A DNA stretch of 49,066 nucleotides, from contig CAXBQV010000002.1 of assembly GCA_963978265.1 (NCBI GenBank), positions 1-49,066 on the forward strand. Reading direction: 5' to 3'. The position numbers and the translations under genes are program-made. The notes beneath the pieces were generated by a model, which ran no database searches, was not told where the DNA came from, and saw nothing but the letters and a program-made list of their open reading frames with translations. Below, in pieces: positions 1 through 10,091 of this stretch. Source of the DNA: an uncultured bacterium (lineage in GTDB: Bacteria; Actinomycetota; Actinomycetes; S36-B12; UBA5976). Positions within the stretch are counted from its first letter, which is position 1, and every line of letters begins with the position of its first letter.

Positions 1-728
1 GACGCCCTTCGGTGAGCAGTGGCAACGTGGGGATGGTGATGACCCTGCCCGCATTCACCGGGGTACGTATCGAGATCGAAAACGGAACCGTCACACTCGC
101 GGCAACAGATCGATACCGGCTCGCTGTTCGCGAACTTGTGTGGTCGCCCGATACTCCTGGTTTCGCAGCGCAGGCGTTGGTGCCCGCAAGAACGCTTTCG
201 GAAGTTGCGAAAGGGCTCACCAGCGGAGACAACCTCACAATTGCGCTCTCAAGTGGAGGCGCTGGTGAGGGCCTGATGGGTTTCGAGAATGAAGGTCGCC
301 ACACCACCACCCGACTCCTCGACGGCGACTTCCCCAACTTCCGCAAGCTCCTGCCGCAGGAGCCGACGTCAATCGTCTACGTCGACACCGACGAGCTCCT
401 GGGCGCCGTGAATCGTGTGGCGTTGGTGGCCGAGAAGAACCAACCAGTACGCATCAACGTGTCGGGAAGTGAAATCGAACTCAGTGCAGGTGGCGACGAA
501 GCGCACGCAACCGAACTCCTCGACGGCTCACTCGATGGCGAACCGATCGAAATCTCGTTCAATCCGCAGTTCCTTGCTGAAGGACTCGCTGCACTCAGAG
601 CGCCGGTCACCCGCATCTCATGCACGACGCCCGCGAAGCCGGCAATCTTCACCGGTGTCGCCGAACGCGGGGCACCGGCGAACACCGAGTATCAGTACCT
701 GTTGATGCCTGTTCGCCTCGCCGGCTGA
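1..728 (+). CDS. dnaN: DNA polymerase III beta sliding clamp, C-terminal part (5' end outside window)
   Basis: The reading frame is open from the window edge; the track's M at 12 is internal. The C-terminal clamp domain ends ...TEYQYLLMPVRLAG. It is followed by recF through a TGATG junction, the classic oriC-proximal order. Confidence 0.93.
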   Translation, partial: RPSVSSGNVGMVMTLPAFTGVRIEIENGTVTLAATDRYRLAVRELVWSPDTPGFAAQALVPARTLSEVAKGLTSGDNLTIALSSGGAGEGLMGFENEGRHTTTRLLDGDFPNFRKLLPQEPTSIVYVDTDELLGAVNRVALVAEKNQPVRINVSGSEIELSAGGDEAHATELLDGSLDGEPIEISFNPQFLAEGLAALRAPVTRISCTTPAKPAIFTGVAERGAPANTEYQYLLMPVRLAG

Positions 729-1861
729 TGTACGTCAAGGAACTGTCACTCAGAAACTTCCGCTCCTACGAGCAGGTGTCGGTTGCGTTCCCAAGTGGCG
801 TCACAGCACTCGTCGGGAGCAACGGGCAAGGCAAGACGAATCTCATCGAGGCAATCAACTACGTCGCGACGCTTGGAAGTCATCGGGTCGCATCGGATGC
901 ACCACTCATCCGCCGCGGTTCCGACGAGGCGACCATTCGCGTGGTTGCCGCACATGATGATCGGGAGATCGAACTCGAAATCGATCTCGTTGCAGGAAAG
1001 GCGAATCGGGCCCGTTTCAACAGCAGCCCGATGAAGCGGCCACGCGATCTTCTTGGCTACCTGAATGTGGTGGTCTTTGCACCAGAGGACCTGGCACTTG
1101 TGAAAGGCGACCCGAGTGATCGTCGCCATTTCCTGGACCAAACGCTCATCGCGCTGGCACCACGGCTTGCAGCAACACGCAGCGATCTCGATCGAGTGCT
1201 CAAACAGCGCAATGCATTACTCAAGACGGCGCAGCATGCTGCACGCAGGAGCACCGCGGATGTGATGCGAACACTCGATGCATGGGACACACAATTCGCA
1301 CAACTCAGCGCCCAGATCGTCATTGAGCGACTCAACGTGGTCGATGCACTGCTGCCGTATGCACAGTCGTTGTACGCACAGGTGAGCGATGACCGTGGCC
1401 CATTTGAAATGCGCTATGAATGCTCACTCCATGACGCGCCGGCCGATCGAAGCGAATCAACCTGGGAAGCGCGGTATCTCGAAGCACTTGCCGAACGCCG
1501 CAATGACGAGATCGAACGCGGCATCACACTGGTCGGCCCACATCGAGACGAACTTGGAATCGATGTCCGCAACCTGCCAGTTAAAGGCTATGCATCGCAC
1601 GGTGAATCCTGGTCCGCTGCACTCACGCTCCGACTTGCATCGTTCGAACTGTTGCGTCACGACCGACCTGGCGGCGATCCGGTACTGATCCTCGACGACG
1701 TGTTTGCCGAACTCGACAGTCGCCGTCGCCGTCGTCTTGTCGAACTCACACAGACTGCTGAGCAGACGTTGGTCACCGCTGCGGTTGCAGAAGATGTACC
1801 GACCGAACTCGACGGCGCCCGGTTCGAAGTGAATGCGGGAGAGGTGCACCGTGTCGGCTGA
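728..1861 (+). CDS. recF: DNA replication/repair protein RecF
   Basis: The N-terminus MYVKELSLRNFRSYEQ, Walker A GSNGQGKTN and Walker B LILDDVFAELD are present. ATG 728 overlaps the dnaN stop by 1 nt. The track ORF start at 620 is an upstream extension overlapping dnaN. Confidence 0.95.
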   Translation: MYVKELSLRNFRSYEQVSVAFPSGVTALVGSNGQGKTNLIEAINYVATLGSHRVASDAPLIRRGSDEATIRVVAAHDDREIELEIDLVAGKANRARFNSSPMKRPRDLLGYLNVVVFAPEDLALVKGDPSDRRHFLDQTLIALAPRLAATRSDLDRVLKQRNALLKTAQHAARRSTADVMRTLDAWDTQFAQLSAQIVIERLNVVDALLPYAQSLYAQVSDDRGPFEMRYECSLHDAPADRSESTWEARYLEALAERRNDEIERGITLVGPHRDELGIDVRNLPVKGYASHGESWSAALTLRLASFELLRHDRPGGDPVLILDDVFAELDSRRRRRLVELTQTAEQTLVTAAVAEDVPTELDGARFEVNAGEVHRVG

Positions 1862-2318
1862 CGATCAAGCGATCAACGCGCTGCGTCGGATCCGTGCCGC
1901 AGTACGTTCCGGCATCACACCGAAGAAGCGCGCCACGCGGACACCACGCGATACGTCGACCGGACGAGATCCGAGACGTGTGGGCGACGTCGTCGACGAA
2001 TTCCTCTCGACGTCGGGACTCGACGCACGCAACCGAGTGGCGCAGGTACTCACGAACTGGGCTGAGTTGGTGGGCGCAGAGGTAGCCGACCATGTGCAGG
2101 TCGAACGCTTCGACGACGCGAAACTCGTGCTGCGTGCAGATTCCACGGCGTGGGCAACCCAGATGCGGCTGTTGCAAGCGACGGTCATGCGCCGGCTTGC
2201 CGAACAACTCGGCGAGGGGGTCGTCGAGTCCATGCAGGTCCTCGGACCGAACGCGCCGAGCTGGCGCTTCGGATCCCGGCATGTGCCCGGCCGTGGTCCC
2301 CGCGACACGTACGGCTGA
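1851..2318 (+). CDS. DUF721 / DciA-like protein (Rv0004-type)
   Basis: It occupies the conserved slot between recF and gyrB. It is a small Arg-rich protein of the expected size. GTG 1851 overlaps the recF stop; ATG 1833 is the alternative start. Confidence 0.75.
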   Translation: MSADDQAINALRRIRAAVRSGITPKKRATRTPRDTSTGRDPRRVGDVVDEFLSTSGLDARNRVAQVLTNWAELVGAEVADHVQVERFDDAKLVLRADSTAWATQMRLLQATVMRRLAEQLGEGVVESMQVLGPNAPSWRFGSRHVPGRGPRDTYG

Positions 2319-2507
2319 CCAAATCGGCAGGGGACCGGAGAATCCCCGCAGCGGCAACCTCCCGCCACCGGTATCGAAATGGACTGACCGCCTAGAAATG
2401 GGGGTTGCACGACTTACAGATGCCTTACGGCCCGTTTTACGCCTATCCACACCCTGAAATTCGCTAGAATCGGCTCCAGAACCCAGACCCCGTCTGAAGG
2501 AGTTGCC

Positions 2508-4451
2508 GTGTCCTACGACGCCAGTGCGATCACTGTCCTCGAAGGCCTCGATGCCGTCCGCAAGCGCCCCGGTATGTACATCGGATCCACCGGCGAGCGA
2601 GGGCTGCACCACCTGGTCTATGAAGTTGTGGACAACTCCGTCGACGAGGCGCTGGCCGGGTTCTGCACACACATCGACGTCACGATCCTGCCGGACGGTG
2701 GCGTGCGGGTGCGGGACAACGGCCGTGGAATCCCAGTGGACATTGTCGAGTCGGAGGGCAAGCCGGCGGTCGAGGTCGTGCTCACCGTGCTGCATGCCGG
2801 CGGCAAGTTCGGCGGCGGCGGCTACTCCGTCTCTGGTGGACTCCACGGAGTCGGCGTCTCGGTTGTGAACGCACTGTCCACGAAGGTGGAAGTCGAAGTG
2901 CACCGCGAAGGTCATGTGTGGCGCCAGGACTACCGACACGGTGTTCCCACCGCGCCGCTCAAGAAGGGCGAGGCATCCGACATCACCGGAACGACTGTCA
3001 CGTTCTGGGCCGACGGCGACATCTTCGAAACCCTCGACTACGACTTCGGCACACTCACCCGCCGCTTCCAGGAGATGGCATTCCTCAACCGCGCGCTCAC
3101 GCTGCGCATCGTCGACGAACGCATTAAGGCGCAGGATGCGAATGGGAATCCGCGCAGCGAAACCTTCTACTACGAAGGTGGCATCTCGGACTTCGTCAAG
3201 CACATCAATCATTCAAAAGGTGTTGCGCATCCATCGATCATCAGTTTCAGTGGCGAGGACGCCGATCGTGGCATCAGTGTCGATGTCGCATTGCAGTGGA
3301 ATGAGTCCTACTCCGAGTCCGTGTACACGTTTGCGAACACGATCAACACGATCGAGGGTGGAACCCATGAAGAGGGCTTCCGCGCCGCGCTCACCTCGTT
3401 GATCAACAAGTTCGCACGCGAGTGGAACATCCTGAAGGAGAAGGACAACAACCTCACTGGTGATGATGTCCGCGAAGGTCTCACCGCAGTGGTATCCGTG
3501 AAGTTGCGCGAACCACAGTTCGAAGGCCAGACGAAGACGAAACTCGGCAACACCGAGGCCAAGACGTTCACCCAGAAGATGGTGAACGAGTACCTCGGAG
3601 AATGGTTCGAGAAGAATCCGAATGAGGGCAAGGAAGTCGCACGCAAATGTGTGCAGGCCGCCACTGCACGTATCGCGGCGCGCAAGGCACGGGACCTCGC
3701 ACGCAATCGCAAGGGATTGCTCGGCGGCGGCGGTCTCCCCGGAAAGCTTGCCGACTGCTCGAGCAACAACCCCGAGGAATGCGAACTCTTCATCGTCGAG
3801 GGTGACTCCGCCGGCGGATCTTCGAAGCAGGGTCGTGACCCGCGCACCCAGGCGATCCTTCCGATCCGCGGCAAGATCCTGAACGTCGAGAAGGCCCGCA
3901 TCGACAAGGTGCTGCAGAACAACGAAGTGCAGGCGTTGATCAGTGCGCTCGGAACCGGCGTACACGACGATTTCGATCTCAACAAGCTCCGCTACCACAA
4001 AGTTGTGTTGATGGCCGATGCGGATGTCGATGGTCAGCACATCCGAACCCTGCTCCTGACCCTGCTTTTCCGATTCATGAAGCCGTTGATCGAGCATGGA
4101 CATGTGTTCCTTGCTCAGCCACCGCTGTACAAGATCAAGTGGTCTCGCGAAGAAGCCGAATACGTGTACTCCGATGCAGAACGCGATGCAGTGCTTGCAG
4201 CAGGTGCTGCAGCAGGTCGTCGGATTGCGAAGGAAGACGGTGTGCAGCGGTACAAGGGTCTCGGTGAGATGAACCACGAGGAACTCCGCGTCACCACTAT
4301 GGATCCGGCGCAGCGCGTCCTGTTGCGCGTCACTATGGAAGACGCGCATGTGGCCGATGAGTTGTTCACGATTCTGATGGGTGAAGACGTCGAGAGCCGT
4401 CGCAACTTCATCCAGCAGAACGCTCGCGACGTTCGCTTCCTGGACATCTGA
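2508..4451 (+). CDS. gyrB: DNA gyrase subunit B
   Basis: [38 protein letters not shown] (GHKL ATPase), [14 protein letters not shown] and [12 protein letters not shown] are present. The GTG start is preceded by GAAGGAG. Confidence 0.97.
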   Translation: MSYDASAITVLEGLDAVRKRPGMYIGSTGERGLHHLVYEVVDNSVDEALAGFCTHIDVTILPDGGVRVRDNGRGIPVDIVESEGKPAVEVVLTVLHAGGKFGGGGYSVSGGLHGVGVSVVNALSTKVEVEVHREGHVWRQDYRHGVPTAPLKKGEASDITGTTVTFWADGDIFETLDYDFGTLTRRFQEMAFLNRALTLRIVDERIKAQDANGNPRSETFYYEGGISDFVKHINHSKGVAHPSIISFSGEDADRGISVDVALQWNESYSESVYTFANTINTIEGGTHEEGFRAALTSLINKFAREWNILKEKDNNLTGDDVREGLTAVVSVKLREPQFEGQTKTKLGNTEAKTFTQKMVNEYLGEWFEKNPNEGKEVARKCVQAATARIAARKARDLARNRKGLLGGGGLPGKLADCSSNNPEECELFIVEGDSAGGSSKQGRDPRTQAILPIRGKILNVEKARIDKVLQNNEVQALISALGTGVHDDFDLNKLRYHKVVLMADADVDGQHIRTLLLTLLFRFMKPLIEHGHVFLAQPPLYKIKWSREEAEYVYSDAERDAVLAAGAAAGRRIAKEDGVQRYKGLGEMNHEELRVTTMDPAQRVLLRVTMEDAHVADELFTILMGEDVESRRNFIQQNARDVRFLDI

Positions 4452-4458
4452 GGTAGTC

Positions 4459-6963
4459 ATGACTGAAACACCGGAAATCCAGCACGGCCGTATCGAGCCG
4501 GTTGATCTCAATTCGGAGATGAAGCGCTCGTACCTCGACTACGCCATGAGCGTGATCGTGTCCCGTGCACTTCCCGATGTACGCGACGGCTTCAAGCCGG
4601 TCCACCGCCGTGTGCTGTACGCGATGTACGACGGCGGATACCGACCCGATCGCGGCTTTTCGAAGTGTGCCCGCGTCGTCGGTGATGTCATGGGCACCTA
4701 TCACCCGCACGGTGACAGTGCGATCTACGACACCCTGGTACGTCTCGCGCAGCCCTGGTCTCTGCGCTACCCACTCGTGCAGGGTCAGGGCAACTTCGGT
4801 TCACCGGGCAACGATCCGGCGGCCGCCATGCGCTACACCGAATGCCGGATGGCGTCGCTCGCGATGGAGATGGTGCGCGACATCGACGAGGAAACCGTCG
4901 ACTTCTCACCCAACTACGACGGACGTACGCAGGAACCCGACGTCCTCCCTGCTCGATTCCCGAATTTGCTCGTGAACGGATCGGTGGGCATCGCCGTCGG
5001 CATGGCCACGAACATCCCGCCCCACAACCTGCGGGAAGTTGCGAGCGGTGTCATGTGGGCCCTCGAGCATCCCGACGCCAGTCGCGAGGAACTGCTCGAG
5101 GCATTGATGGAACGCGTCAAGGGACCCGACTTCCCAACTGGTGCACTCGTTGTTGGTCGTCGCGGAATCGAGGACGCGTATCGCACCGGTCGCGGCGCGA
5201 TCACGATGCGCGCCGTTGTCGAAGTTGAAGAGGACAACCGGGGACGCACGCAACTCGTCGTCACCGAACTCCCATATCAAGTCAACCCCGACAACCTTGC
5301 ACTGCGCATTGCCGACCTCGTCAACGAGGGCAAACTGACCGGTATCGCGGAGCTCCGTGACGAATCCTCCGGCCGCACCGGTATGCGGCTTTGCATCGTG
5401 CTGAAGCGCGACGCCGTTGCCAAGGTTGTACTGAACAACCTCTACAAGCACACACAATTGCAGGACACCTTCGGCGCCAACATGATCGCGCTGGTTGATG
5501 GTGTCCCCCGCACACTGAGTCTTGACGGCTTCGTCTCGAACTGGATCACACACCAGCACGAGGTGATCGTGCGCCGCACGAAGTTCCGCCTCCGGAAGGC
5601 GGAGGAGCGGGCGCACATTCTGCGGGGCCTTCTTCGCGCTATCGATCGTATCGATGAAGTGATCGCCTTCATCCGACGCAGCAAATCCGCAGCGGAAGCG
5701 ATGGTGGGACTGCAGGAGCTCCTCGAGATCGACGAATTGCAGGCACGTGCAATTCTCGACATGCAGCTTCGCAAACTTGCGGCACTCGAGCGGCAGGAGC
5801 TGCAGGACGAGTACGACGGCCTGATGACGCTCATCAACGAGTACAACGCGATTCTCAACAGCGTTGTACGCCAACGCGAAATCATCCGCGAGGAGCTGGA
5901 CGGCATCGTCCAGCGTCATGGCGACGATCGCCGCAGCAGATTCGTTGCGGATGAGGGCGAGATGCGCGACGAAGACCTGATCGCCGAACGCGACGTCGTT
6001 GTGACGATCACCGCCGGCGGCTATGCGAAGCGCACCAATGCGGACCTGTACCGCGAGCAACGACGCGGTGGCAAGGGCATCAAGGGCGCGGCACTCAAGC
6101 AGGACGACGTCGTCTCGCACTTCTTCGTGACCACGACACACCACTGGCTGCTGTTCTTCACGAACCGTGGCCGTGTGTACCGCGTGAAGGCGTACGAACT
6201 TCCAGAAGCGGGTCGTGATGCGCGCGGTCAGCATGTCGCCAACCTGCTCGCATTGCAGTCCGACGAGAGCATCACGCAGGTGCTGGATCTACGGGACTAT
6301 GCACAGGCCGAGTACCTGGTGCTGGCAACACGTGGCGGAATGGTCAAGAAGACCAAGCTGGACGAGTACGACTCCAACCGGACCGGTGGCTTGATCGCCA
6401 TCAACCTCCGCGACGATGACGAACTCATCAGTGCCCAACTCGTCGGTGAGCGGGACGATTTGATGCTCGTGAGTCGCAAGGGTTACAGCGTGCGTTTCAC
6501 CGCGGATGAGGCTTCACTCCGCGCAATGGGACGTGCGACATCCGGCGTGATCGGCATGCGGTTCAAGACGAAGGACGACCACCTGTTGTCAATGGACGTC
6601 GTGAAGGCGGGCGCATACGTCGTCACCGTCACAGATGGCGGCTTTGCGAAGCGCACGCTCGTCGATGAATGGAATGCGAAGGGTCGAGGGACACAAGGTG
6701 TTCGCGCCATGAAGTTGGTTGAAGACCGCGGCGGACTTGTCGGTGCACTCGTTGCTGAGGAGAACGACCAGATCTTCGCAATCGCTTCGAACGGCATCGT
6801 TATCCGCACAAGGGTTTCCGAGATCAGACCGACCGGTCGTGACACCATGGGCGTCTCGCTCATGAATCTCAACGAGGGCGAAGAACTGATTGCGGTTGCT
6901 CGCGCGAGTGAAAGCGATGACGACGAAGATGTTGCGGTGGATGCCGCAACGGCCAAGGAGTAA
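4459..6963 (+). CDS. gyrA: DNA gyrase subunit A
   Basis: [27 protein letters not shown] and the active-site region [10 protein letters not shown] are present, with C-terminal beta-pinwheel repeats and an acidic tail. ATG 4459 lies 7 nt after the gyrB stop. The track start at 4381 overlaps gyrB. Confidence 0.97.
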   Translation: MTETPEIQHGRIEPVDLNSEMKRSYLDYAMSVIVSRALPDVRDGFKPVHRRVLYAMYDGGYRPDRGFSKCARVVGDVMGTYHPHGDSAIYDTLVRLAQPWSLRYPLVQGQGNFGSPGNDPAAAMRYTECRMASLAMEMVRDIDEETVDFSPNYDGRTQEPDVLPARFPNLLVNGSVGIAVGMATNIPPHNLREVASGVMWALEHPDASREELLEALMERVKGPDFPTGALVVGRRGIEDAYRTGRGAITMRAVVEVEEDNRGRTQLVVTELPYQVNPDNLALRIADLVNEGKLTGIAELRDESSGRTGMRLCIVLKRDAVAKVVLNNLYKHTQLQDTFGANMIALVDGVPRTLSLDGFVSNWITHQHEVIVRRTKFRLRKAEERAHILRGLLRAIDRIDEVIAFIRRSKSAAEAMVGLQELLEIDELQARAILDMQLRKLAALERQELQDEYDGLMTLINEYNAILNSVVRQREIIREELDGIVQRHGDDRRSRFVADEGEMRDEDLIAERDVVVTITAGGYAKRTNADLYREQRRGGKGIKGAALKQDDVVSHFFVTTTHHWLLFFTNRGRVYRVKAYELPEAGRDARGQHVANLLALQSDESITQVLDLRDYAQAEYLVLATRGGMVKKTKLDEYDSNRTGGLIAINLRDDDELISAQLVGERDDLMLVSRKGYSVRFTADEASLRAMGRATSGVIGMRFKTKDDHLLSMDVVKAGAYVVTVTDGGFAKRTLVDEWNAKGRGTQGVRAMKLVEDRGGLVGALVAEENDQIFAIASNGIVIRTRVSEIRPTGRDTMGVSLMNLNEGEELIAVARASESDDDEDVAVDAATAKE

Positions 6964-6966
6964 CCA

Positions 6967-7335
6967 GTGGTTCGTCGCGCGCGGCTGCGGATCGAGGCGA
7001 TCAATCCCTGGTCCGCTGTGCGTACTGCGTTCCTACTTGGCATCTCACTGGCCGCAACGATCACCGTGACATTCACCGTGCTCTATTTGTTTCTGACGGC
7101 ACTCGGCTTGTTCGACGCAATCGACCGTGTGCTCGGTGACGTCACCGGAACAGGTGCTGTTGATGCCGGCATTTCGGCAACACTTTCCTTGCCGAAGGTG
7201 CTGACGTTTTCATTGCTCATCGGCATCTTCGAGACAGTGGTACTCACGGCACTCGCGGCGGTGTTCGCCTTCATCTACAACGCAACCGTGCCGGTGTCGG
7301 GTGGACTCGAAGTCACGCTGGCCGAGGATTCCTGA
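6967..7335 (+). CDS. DUF3566 transmembrane protein (Rv0007-type)
   Basis: It sits immediately after gyrA, has the N-terminal RRARLRIEAINPWS motif, two TM segments and the conserved position. Confidence 0.85.
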   Translation: MVRRARLRIEAINPWSAVRTAFLLGISLAATITVTFTVLYLFLTALGLFDAIDRVLGDVTGTGAVDAGISATLSLPKVLTFSLLIGIFETVVLTALAAVFAFIYNATVPVSGGLEVTLAEDS

Positions 7336-7340
7336 CCCGA

Positions 7341-7370
7341 TTGGGACTCCTCCCACGTTTCGGGTAACCT
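7341..7370 (+). promoter_or_regulatory. Putative promoter for the tRNA-Ile / micro-ORF / tRNA-Ala transcript
   Basis: TTGGGA (7341-7346), an 18-nt spacer and TAACCT (7365-7370, TANNNT-type -10) lie about 30 nt upstream of tRNA-Ile. This is a motif match only. Confidence 0.25.
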
Positions 7371-7398
7371 CTCCCACCGCTGGCCTCCGGGCCTGCGC

Positions 7399-7472
7399 GG
7401 ACCTATAGCTCAGGCGGTTAGAGCGCTTCCCTGATAAGGAAGAGGTCGGAGGTTCAAGTCCTCCTAGGTCCA
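7399..7472 (+). tRNA. tRNA-Ile (anticodon GAT)
   Basis: Hand-folded cloverleaf: acceptor GGACCTA/TAGGTCC, D stem GCTC/GAGC, anticodon stem CTTCC/GGAAG with loop CTGATAA, T arm GGAGG-TTCAAGT-CCTCC, discriminator A. No encoded CCA. Confidence 0.95.
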
Positions 7473-7490
7473 CTCCGCTGAGGAGGCCGC

Positions 7491-7613
7491 GTGAAGAAGC
7501 TCGTCGTCGTGGCCCTTTTCGTCGGAATCGCGGCTGCTGTGGTTAAGTACTCCACTGCTGCAGGTCAGTGGCACGATGCGGAAGCAACGGATCACGACTT
7601 CGCGGGGGCCTAG
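7491..7613 (+). CDS. 40-aa small membrane protein in the tRNA-Ile/tRNA-Ala spacer (resembles the actinobacterial DLW-39 small-protein family as I recall it)
   Basis: GAGGAGG (7480-7486) lies 4 nt upstream of GTG 7491. The product is VKKLVVVALFVGIAAAVVKYSTAAGQWHDAEATDHDFAGA: a KK-hydrophobic TM-like segment plus an acidic tail. The TAG stop at 7611-7613 lies inside tRNA-Ala. It is absent from the supplied ORF track because it is under 60 aa. Confidence 0.6.
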   Translation: MKKLVVVALFVGIAAAVVKYSTAAGQWHDAEATDHDFAGA

Positions 7614-7676
7614 CTCAATTGGTAGAGCACTGCCTTTGCAAGGCAGGGGTTAGGGGTTCGAGTCCCCTGGCCTCCA
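7604..7676 (+). tRNA. tRNA-Ala (anticodon TGC)
   Basis: Acceptor GGGGGCC/GGCCTCC includes the G3:U70 wobble identity pair. D stem GCTC/GAGC, anticodon stem CTGCC/GGCAG with loop TTTGCAA, T arm AGGGG-TTCGAGT-CCCCT. No encoded CCA. Confidence 0.95.
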
Positions 7677-7682
7677 CGCGAA

Positions 7683-7711
7683 CCCCTCACTCAAGTGGGG
7701 GGTTTTCGTTT
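7683..7711 (+). terminator. Intrinsic terminator after tRNA-Ala
   Basis: CCCCTCAC-TCAA-GTGGGGGG forms an 8-bp stem with one G-U pair. It is followed by TTTTCGTTT. Confidence 0.6.
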
Positions 7712-7719
7712 GGAGCATC

Positions 7720-8394
7720 ATGACGCGACCCACATGGCGGGACATCATCCTCAGGGGCGCGCGGACGTTTCCCACGGTCCCGTGGGCGGCGGAGAGCCGC
7801 TGGCGGGCGAAGCCACTGACATTCTTCATCCTCAACGCCGGATTGGTGATCTTCGGCATCGGCGACGGTCTCCTTGTCGTTTCGAAGTTCGGCAATTCAC
7901 CGTGGGCCGTGTTCCACCAGGGCTTATCGCAGCAATTGCACATCTCCTACGGCAACGCGTCGCTCCTCACAAGCTTCGCGATGCTCCTGCTCTGGATTCC
8001 ATTGAAGGAGCGACCTGGGCTGGGAACCATCTGCAATGCGATCGTCATCGGGTATGCAACACAGGCGACGATGTGGCTGCTCGGTGATCAAACGTCACTG
8101 TTTGTACGCATCATGTGTCTCGTTTCCGGGCTTGCGATTGTCGGGCTCGGCATCGCGCTGTACATCACGACGAATCTTGGACCCGGTCCACGAGACGGCA
8201 TCATGACGTCCATCCACGACAAGACCGGAATTCGCGTCGCAAGGGTCCGACTCTCCATCGAGGTGGCCGCGATGTTCGTGGGCTGGTTGCTCGGTGGAAC
8301 CGTGGGTGTGGGCTCGGTCTTCTTTGCACTCTTCATTGGGCGCGCGATGGCGCTTTGGCTCGGCATCCTTGCTCGACTCACCCATACGCCGTGA
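7720..8394 (+). CDS. YczE/YitT-like polytopic membrane protein
   Basis: It has multiple TM segments, an NSPWAVFHQGLS motif and GPGPRDG, both typical of this family as I recall it. Confidence 0.7.
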   Translation: MTRPTWRDIILRGARTFPTVPWAAESRWRAKPLTFFILNAGLVIFGIGDGLLVVSKFGNSPWAVFHQGLSQQLHISYGNASLLTSFAMLLLWIPLKERPGLGTICNAIVIGYATQATMWLLGDQTSLFVRIMCLVSGLAIVGLGIALYITTNLGPGPRDGIMTSIHDKTGIRVARVRLSIEVAAMFVGWLLGGTVGVGSVFFALFIGRAMALWLGILARLTHTP

Positions 8395-8407
8395 GAGGAT
8401 TCCCCGT

Positions 8408-8920
8408 ATGACAACCGCGACCCTGCACACCACTCTTGGTGACATCACGATCAACCTCTTTCCTGACCACGCACCCAAGACGGTGGCGAATTTCGTCGGA
8501 CTCGCAAACGGCACGAAGGAGTGGCAGGACCGTCGGACCCGTGCCACACGCAACGACGCGTTGTACACGAACGTCATCTTCCATCGCGTAATCCCCGGGT
8601 TCATGATCCAGGGCGGCGATCCAGAAGGAACCGGTATGGGAGGTCCTGGCTACAACTTCGCCGATGAATTCCATCCGGAGTTGACGTTTGACCGCCCGTA
8701 TCTACTCGCCATGGCGAATGCCGGTCCGAACACCAATGGTTCGCAGTTCTTCATCACGGTTGCCCCGACAACCTGGTTGAACTTCAAGCACTCGATTTTC
8801 GGTGAAGTCGCTGACGAAGCCTCCCGCAAAGTGGTCGACGTGATCGCAGGAGTTGAAACCGGCCGACAGGACAAGCCAGTCGTCGACGTCGTGATCACGT
8901 CGATCACCATCAGCGAGTGA
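8408..8920 (+). CDS. ppiA: Peptidyl-prolyl cis-trans isomerase, cyclophilin type
   Basis: FHRVIPGFMIQGGDP and SQFFIT cyclophilin motifs are present. The start is ATG 8408 (MTTATLHTTLGDITI). The track start at 8294 overlaps the upstream gene. Confidence 0.95.
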   Translation: MTTATLHTTLGDITINLFPDHAPKTVANFVGLANGTKEWQDRRTRATRNDALYTNVIFHRVIPGFMIQGGDPEGTGMGGPGYNFADEFHPELTFDRPYLLAMANAGPNTNGSQFFITVAPTTWLNFKHSIFGEVADEASRKVVDVIAGVETGRQDKPVVDVVITSITISE

Positions 8921-9711
8921 CCTCCGAACCGACCTGTTTCCGTCACCCGGATCGGGTGACCTACATCCTGTGCCATCGTTGCGGGAACAGCATCTGTACC
9001 GATTGCATGATTCCTGCGCCAGTGGGCTTCCAGTGTCCTGACTGCGTGCGGAGCAATCGGGTGCTGGTGTTGCAGGACTTCGTGCCGCGTGCAACGTACG
9101 TGATCATTGCGATCTGCACGGTGTTGCAGGTGTTGCCCTGGATCGGTATCACCACATCGAACGGGTTCATCTACGACTTCAGTCTGTGGCCACGTGCCGT
9201 CGCTGCAGGTGAGTATGTGCGACTCTTCACCGCAATCTTCCTTCATGGCGGTTTCCTGCACCTGGGGATGAACATGTACATGCTGATGGTGCTCGGTCGT
9301 GATCTCGAACGCGCACTTGGTCGGTTGCGTTATGTGGTGTTATTCCTACTGTCCGGGCTTGGTGGAAGTGCCGCGTCGTATTGGTTCAATGCGGTCGACA
9401 CCCCAAGCGTCGGCGCTTCGGGTGCGATCTTCGGTCTGTTCGCGGCAATCTTCATGTTCGGCCGGGAGCGGGGACTCAACACCCAGAACATCGTCGCCGT
9501 CGTGGGCTTGAACCTGCTCATCGGGTTCTTGGTTCCCGGCATCGACTGGCACGCCCACGTCGGGGGGCTGCTTGTCGGCGGGATCGCCGGCTGGGCACTT
9601 CTTCCACAGCGGGTGAAGTCCCTGCAATGGCTGATACCAGTTGTCCTTTTTGCGGCTTTTTGTGTGGCGATCAGTGTCAGAACGACCGCGCTTCAGGGGA
9701 TCTTCTACTGA
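8917..9711 (+). CDS. Rhomboid-family intramembrane serine protease with N-terminal zinc ribbon
   Basis: CFRHP...CHRCGNSICTDC...CPDC is a Cys4 ribbon. The catalytic GASGAIFG serine and HAHVGGLLVG histidine are present in a TM core. A GTGA overlap joins it to ppiA. Confidence 0.9.
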   Translation: MTSEPTCFRHPDRVTYILCHRCGNSICTDCMIPAPVGFQCPDCVRSNRVLVLQDFVPRATYVIIAICTVLQVLPWIGITTSNGFIYDFSLWPRAVAAGEYVRLFTAIFLHGGFLHLGMNMYMLMVLGRDLERALGRLRYVVLFLLSGLGGSAASYWFNAVDTPSVGASGAIFGLFAAIFMFGRERGLNTQNIVAVVGLNLLIGFLVPGIDWHAHVGGLLVGGIAGWALLPQRVKSLQWLIPVVLFAAFCVAISVRTTALQGIFY

Positions 9712-9760
9712 AAGTTATCCACAGGTCATCCCCAACTGGGGACGAATTACAGGAATGTAA

Positions 9761-10030
9761 TTAGCGCCAGCGGGTTGAGAGTGCGAAGCCCACGCCGATG
9801 AAGCCGAAGCCGATTGCGACATTCCCGAGGTTCCCGATCGAGCGCATGAAACCGATGTCGTTGCCCGCGAGGTAGAAGACGACGATCCAGATGAGGCCGA
9901 ACACAAGGCAGGCGACCATCGCCGGTGCCACCCATGGCTTCGGTCCGATGTGGACCGGCGTGGTTGAGCCTGCATGCTCGGCCGGGGTGTGGGACGACGT
10001 CTTCTTCTTGCGGCGCTTCGACACTGGCAT
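9761..10030 (-). CDS. crgA: Cell division protein CrgA
   Basis: MPVSKRRKKK N-terminus, two TM helices, about 89 aa, and the conserved position next to the DUF881/trpG/pknB block. The track start at 10060 is a 10-codon extension. Confidence 0.9.
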   Translation of the reverse strand: MPVSKRRKKKTSSHTPAEHAGSTTPVHIGPKPWVAPAMVACLVFGLIWIVVFYLAGNDIGFMRSIGNLGNVAIGFGFIGVGFALSTRWR

Positions 10031-10091
10031 TGCAGACTCCGGGGTTCGGGTGGTGGGCAAATGCTAACGGGTCCCGGCGTACCGTTGCGCC

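Noticed and set aside
2319-2507. The 189-nt gap upstream of gyrB as a possible riboswitch or sRNA. It contains TAGAAT at 2465-2470 as a -10-like hexamer.
   Set aside because: There is no convincing conserved structure, only short 5-bp stems. It is most simply the gyrB promoter and leader region. The -10-like hexamer alone was too weak to report as a feature.
1773-6234. Very long ORFs antisense to gyrB and gyrA (1773-3212, 3213-4511 and 4906-6234, minus strand; 432-479 aa).
   Set aside because: They lie exactly opposite strongly supported genes. Their products are Arg/Ala/Gly/Val-rich low-complexity sequence with no motifs. This is the usual stop-codon-poor antisense frame of high-GC DNA. The same applies to 21846-22727(-), 26656-27876(+), 29441-30493(+), 34484-35452(-), 37549-38316(+), 41688-43154(+) and 45118-46272(-).
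7210-7473. 87-aa minus-strand ORF overlapping the DUF3566 3' end and all of tRNA-Ile. Also the ORFs 7650-7943(-) and 7695-8087(+) around tRNA-Ala.
   Set aside because: They overlap well-supported tRNAs and a membrane-protein gene and have no SD or motifs. They are frame-shadow ORFs.
9715-9723. Perfect E. coli-type DnaA box TTATCCACA in the rhomboid/crgA convergent spacer. A TTGTCCACA box on the complementary strand lies inside gyrB (2627-2635).
   Set aside because: These are single isolated boxes. My rough estimate is a few tenths of a chance 9-mer match per window of this size. The gyrB one is simply the conserved EVVDN codons. oriC should lie upstream of dnaN, outside the window, and there is no cluster or AT-rich unwinding element.
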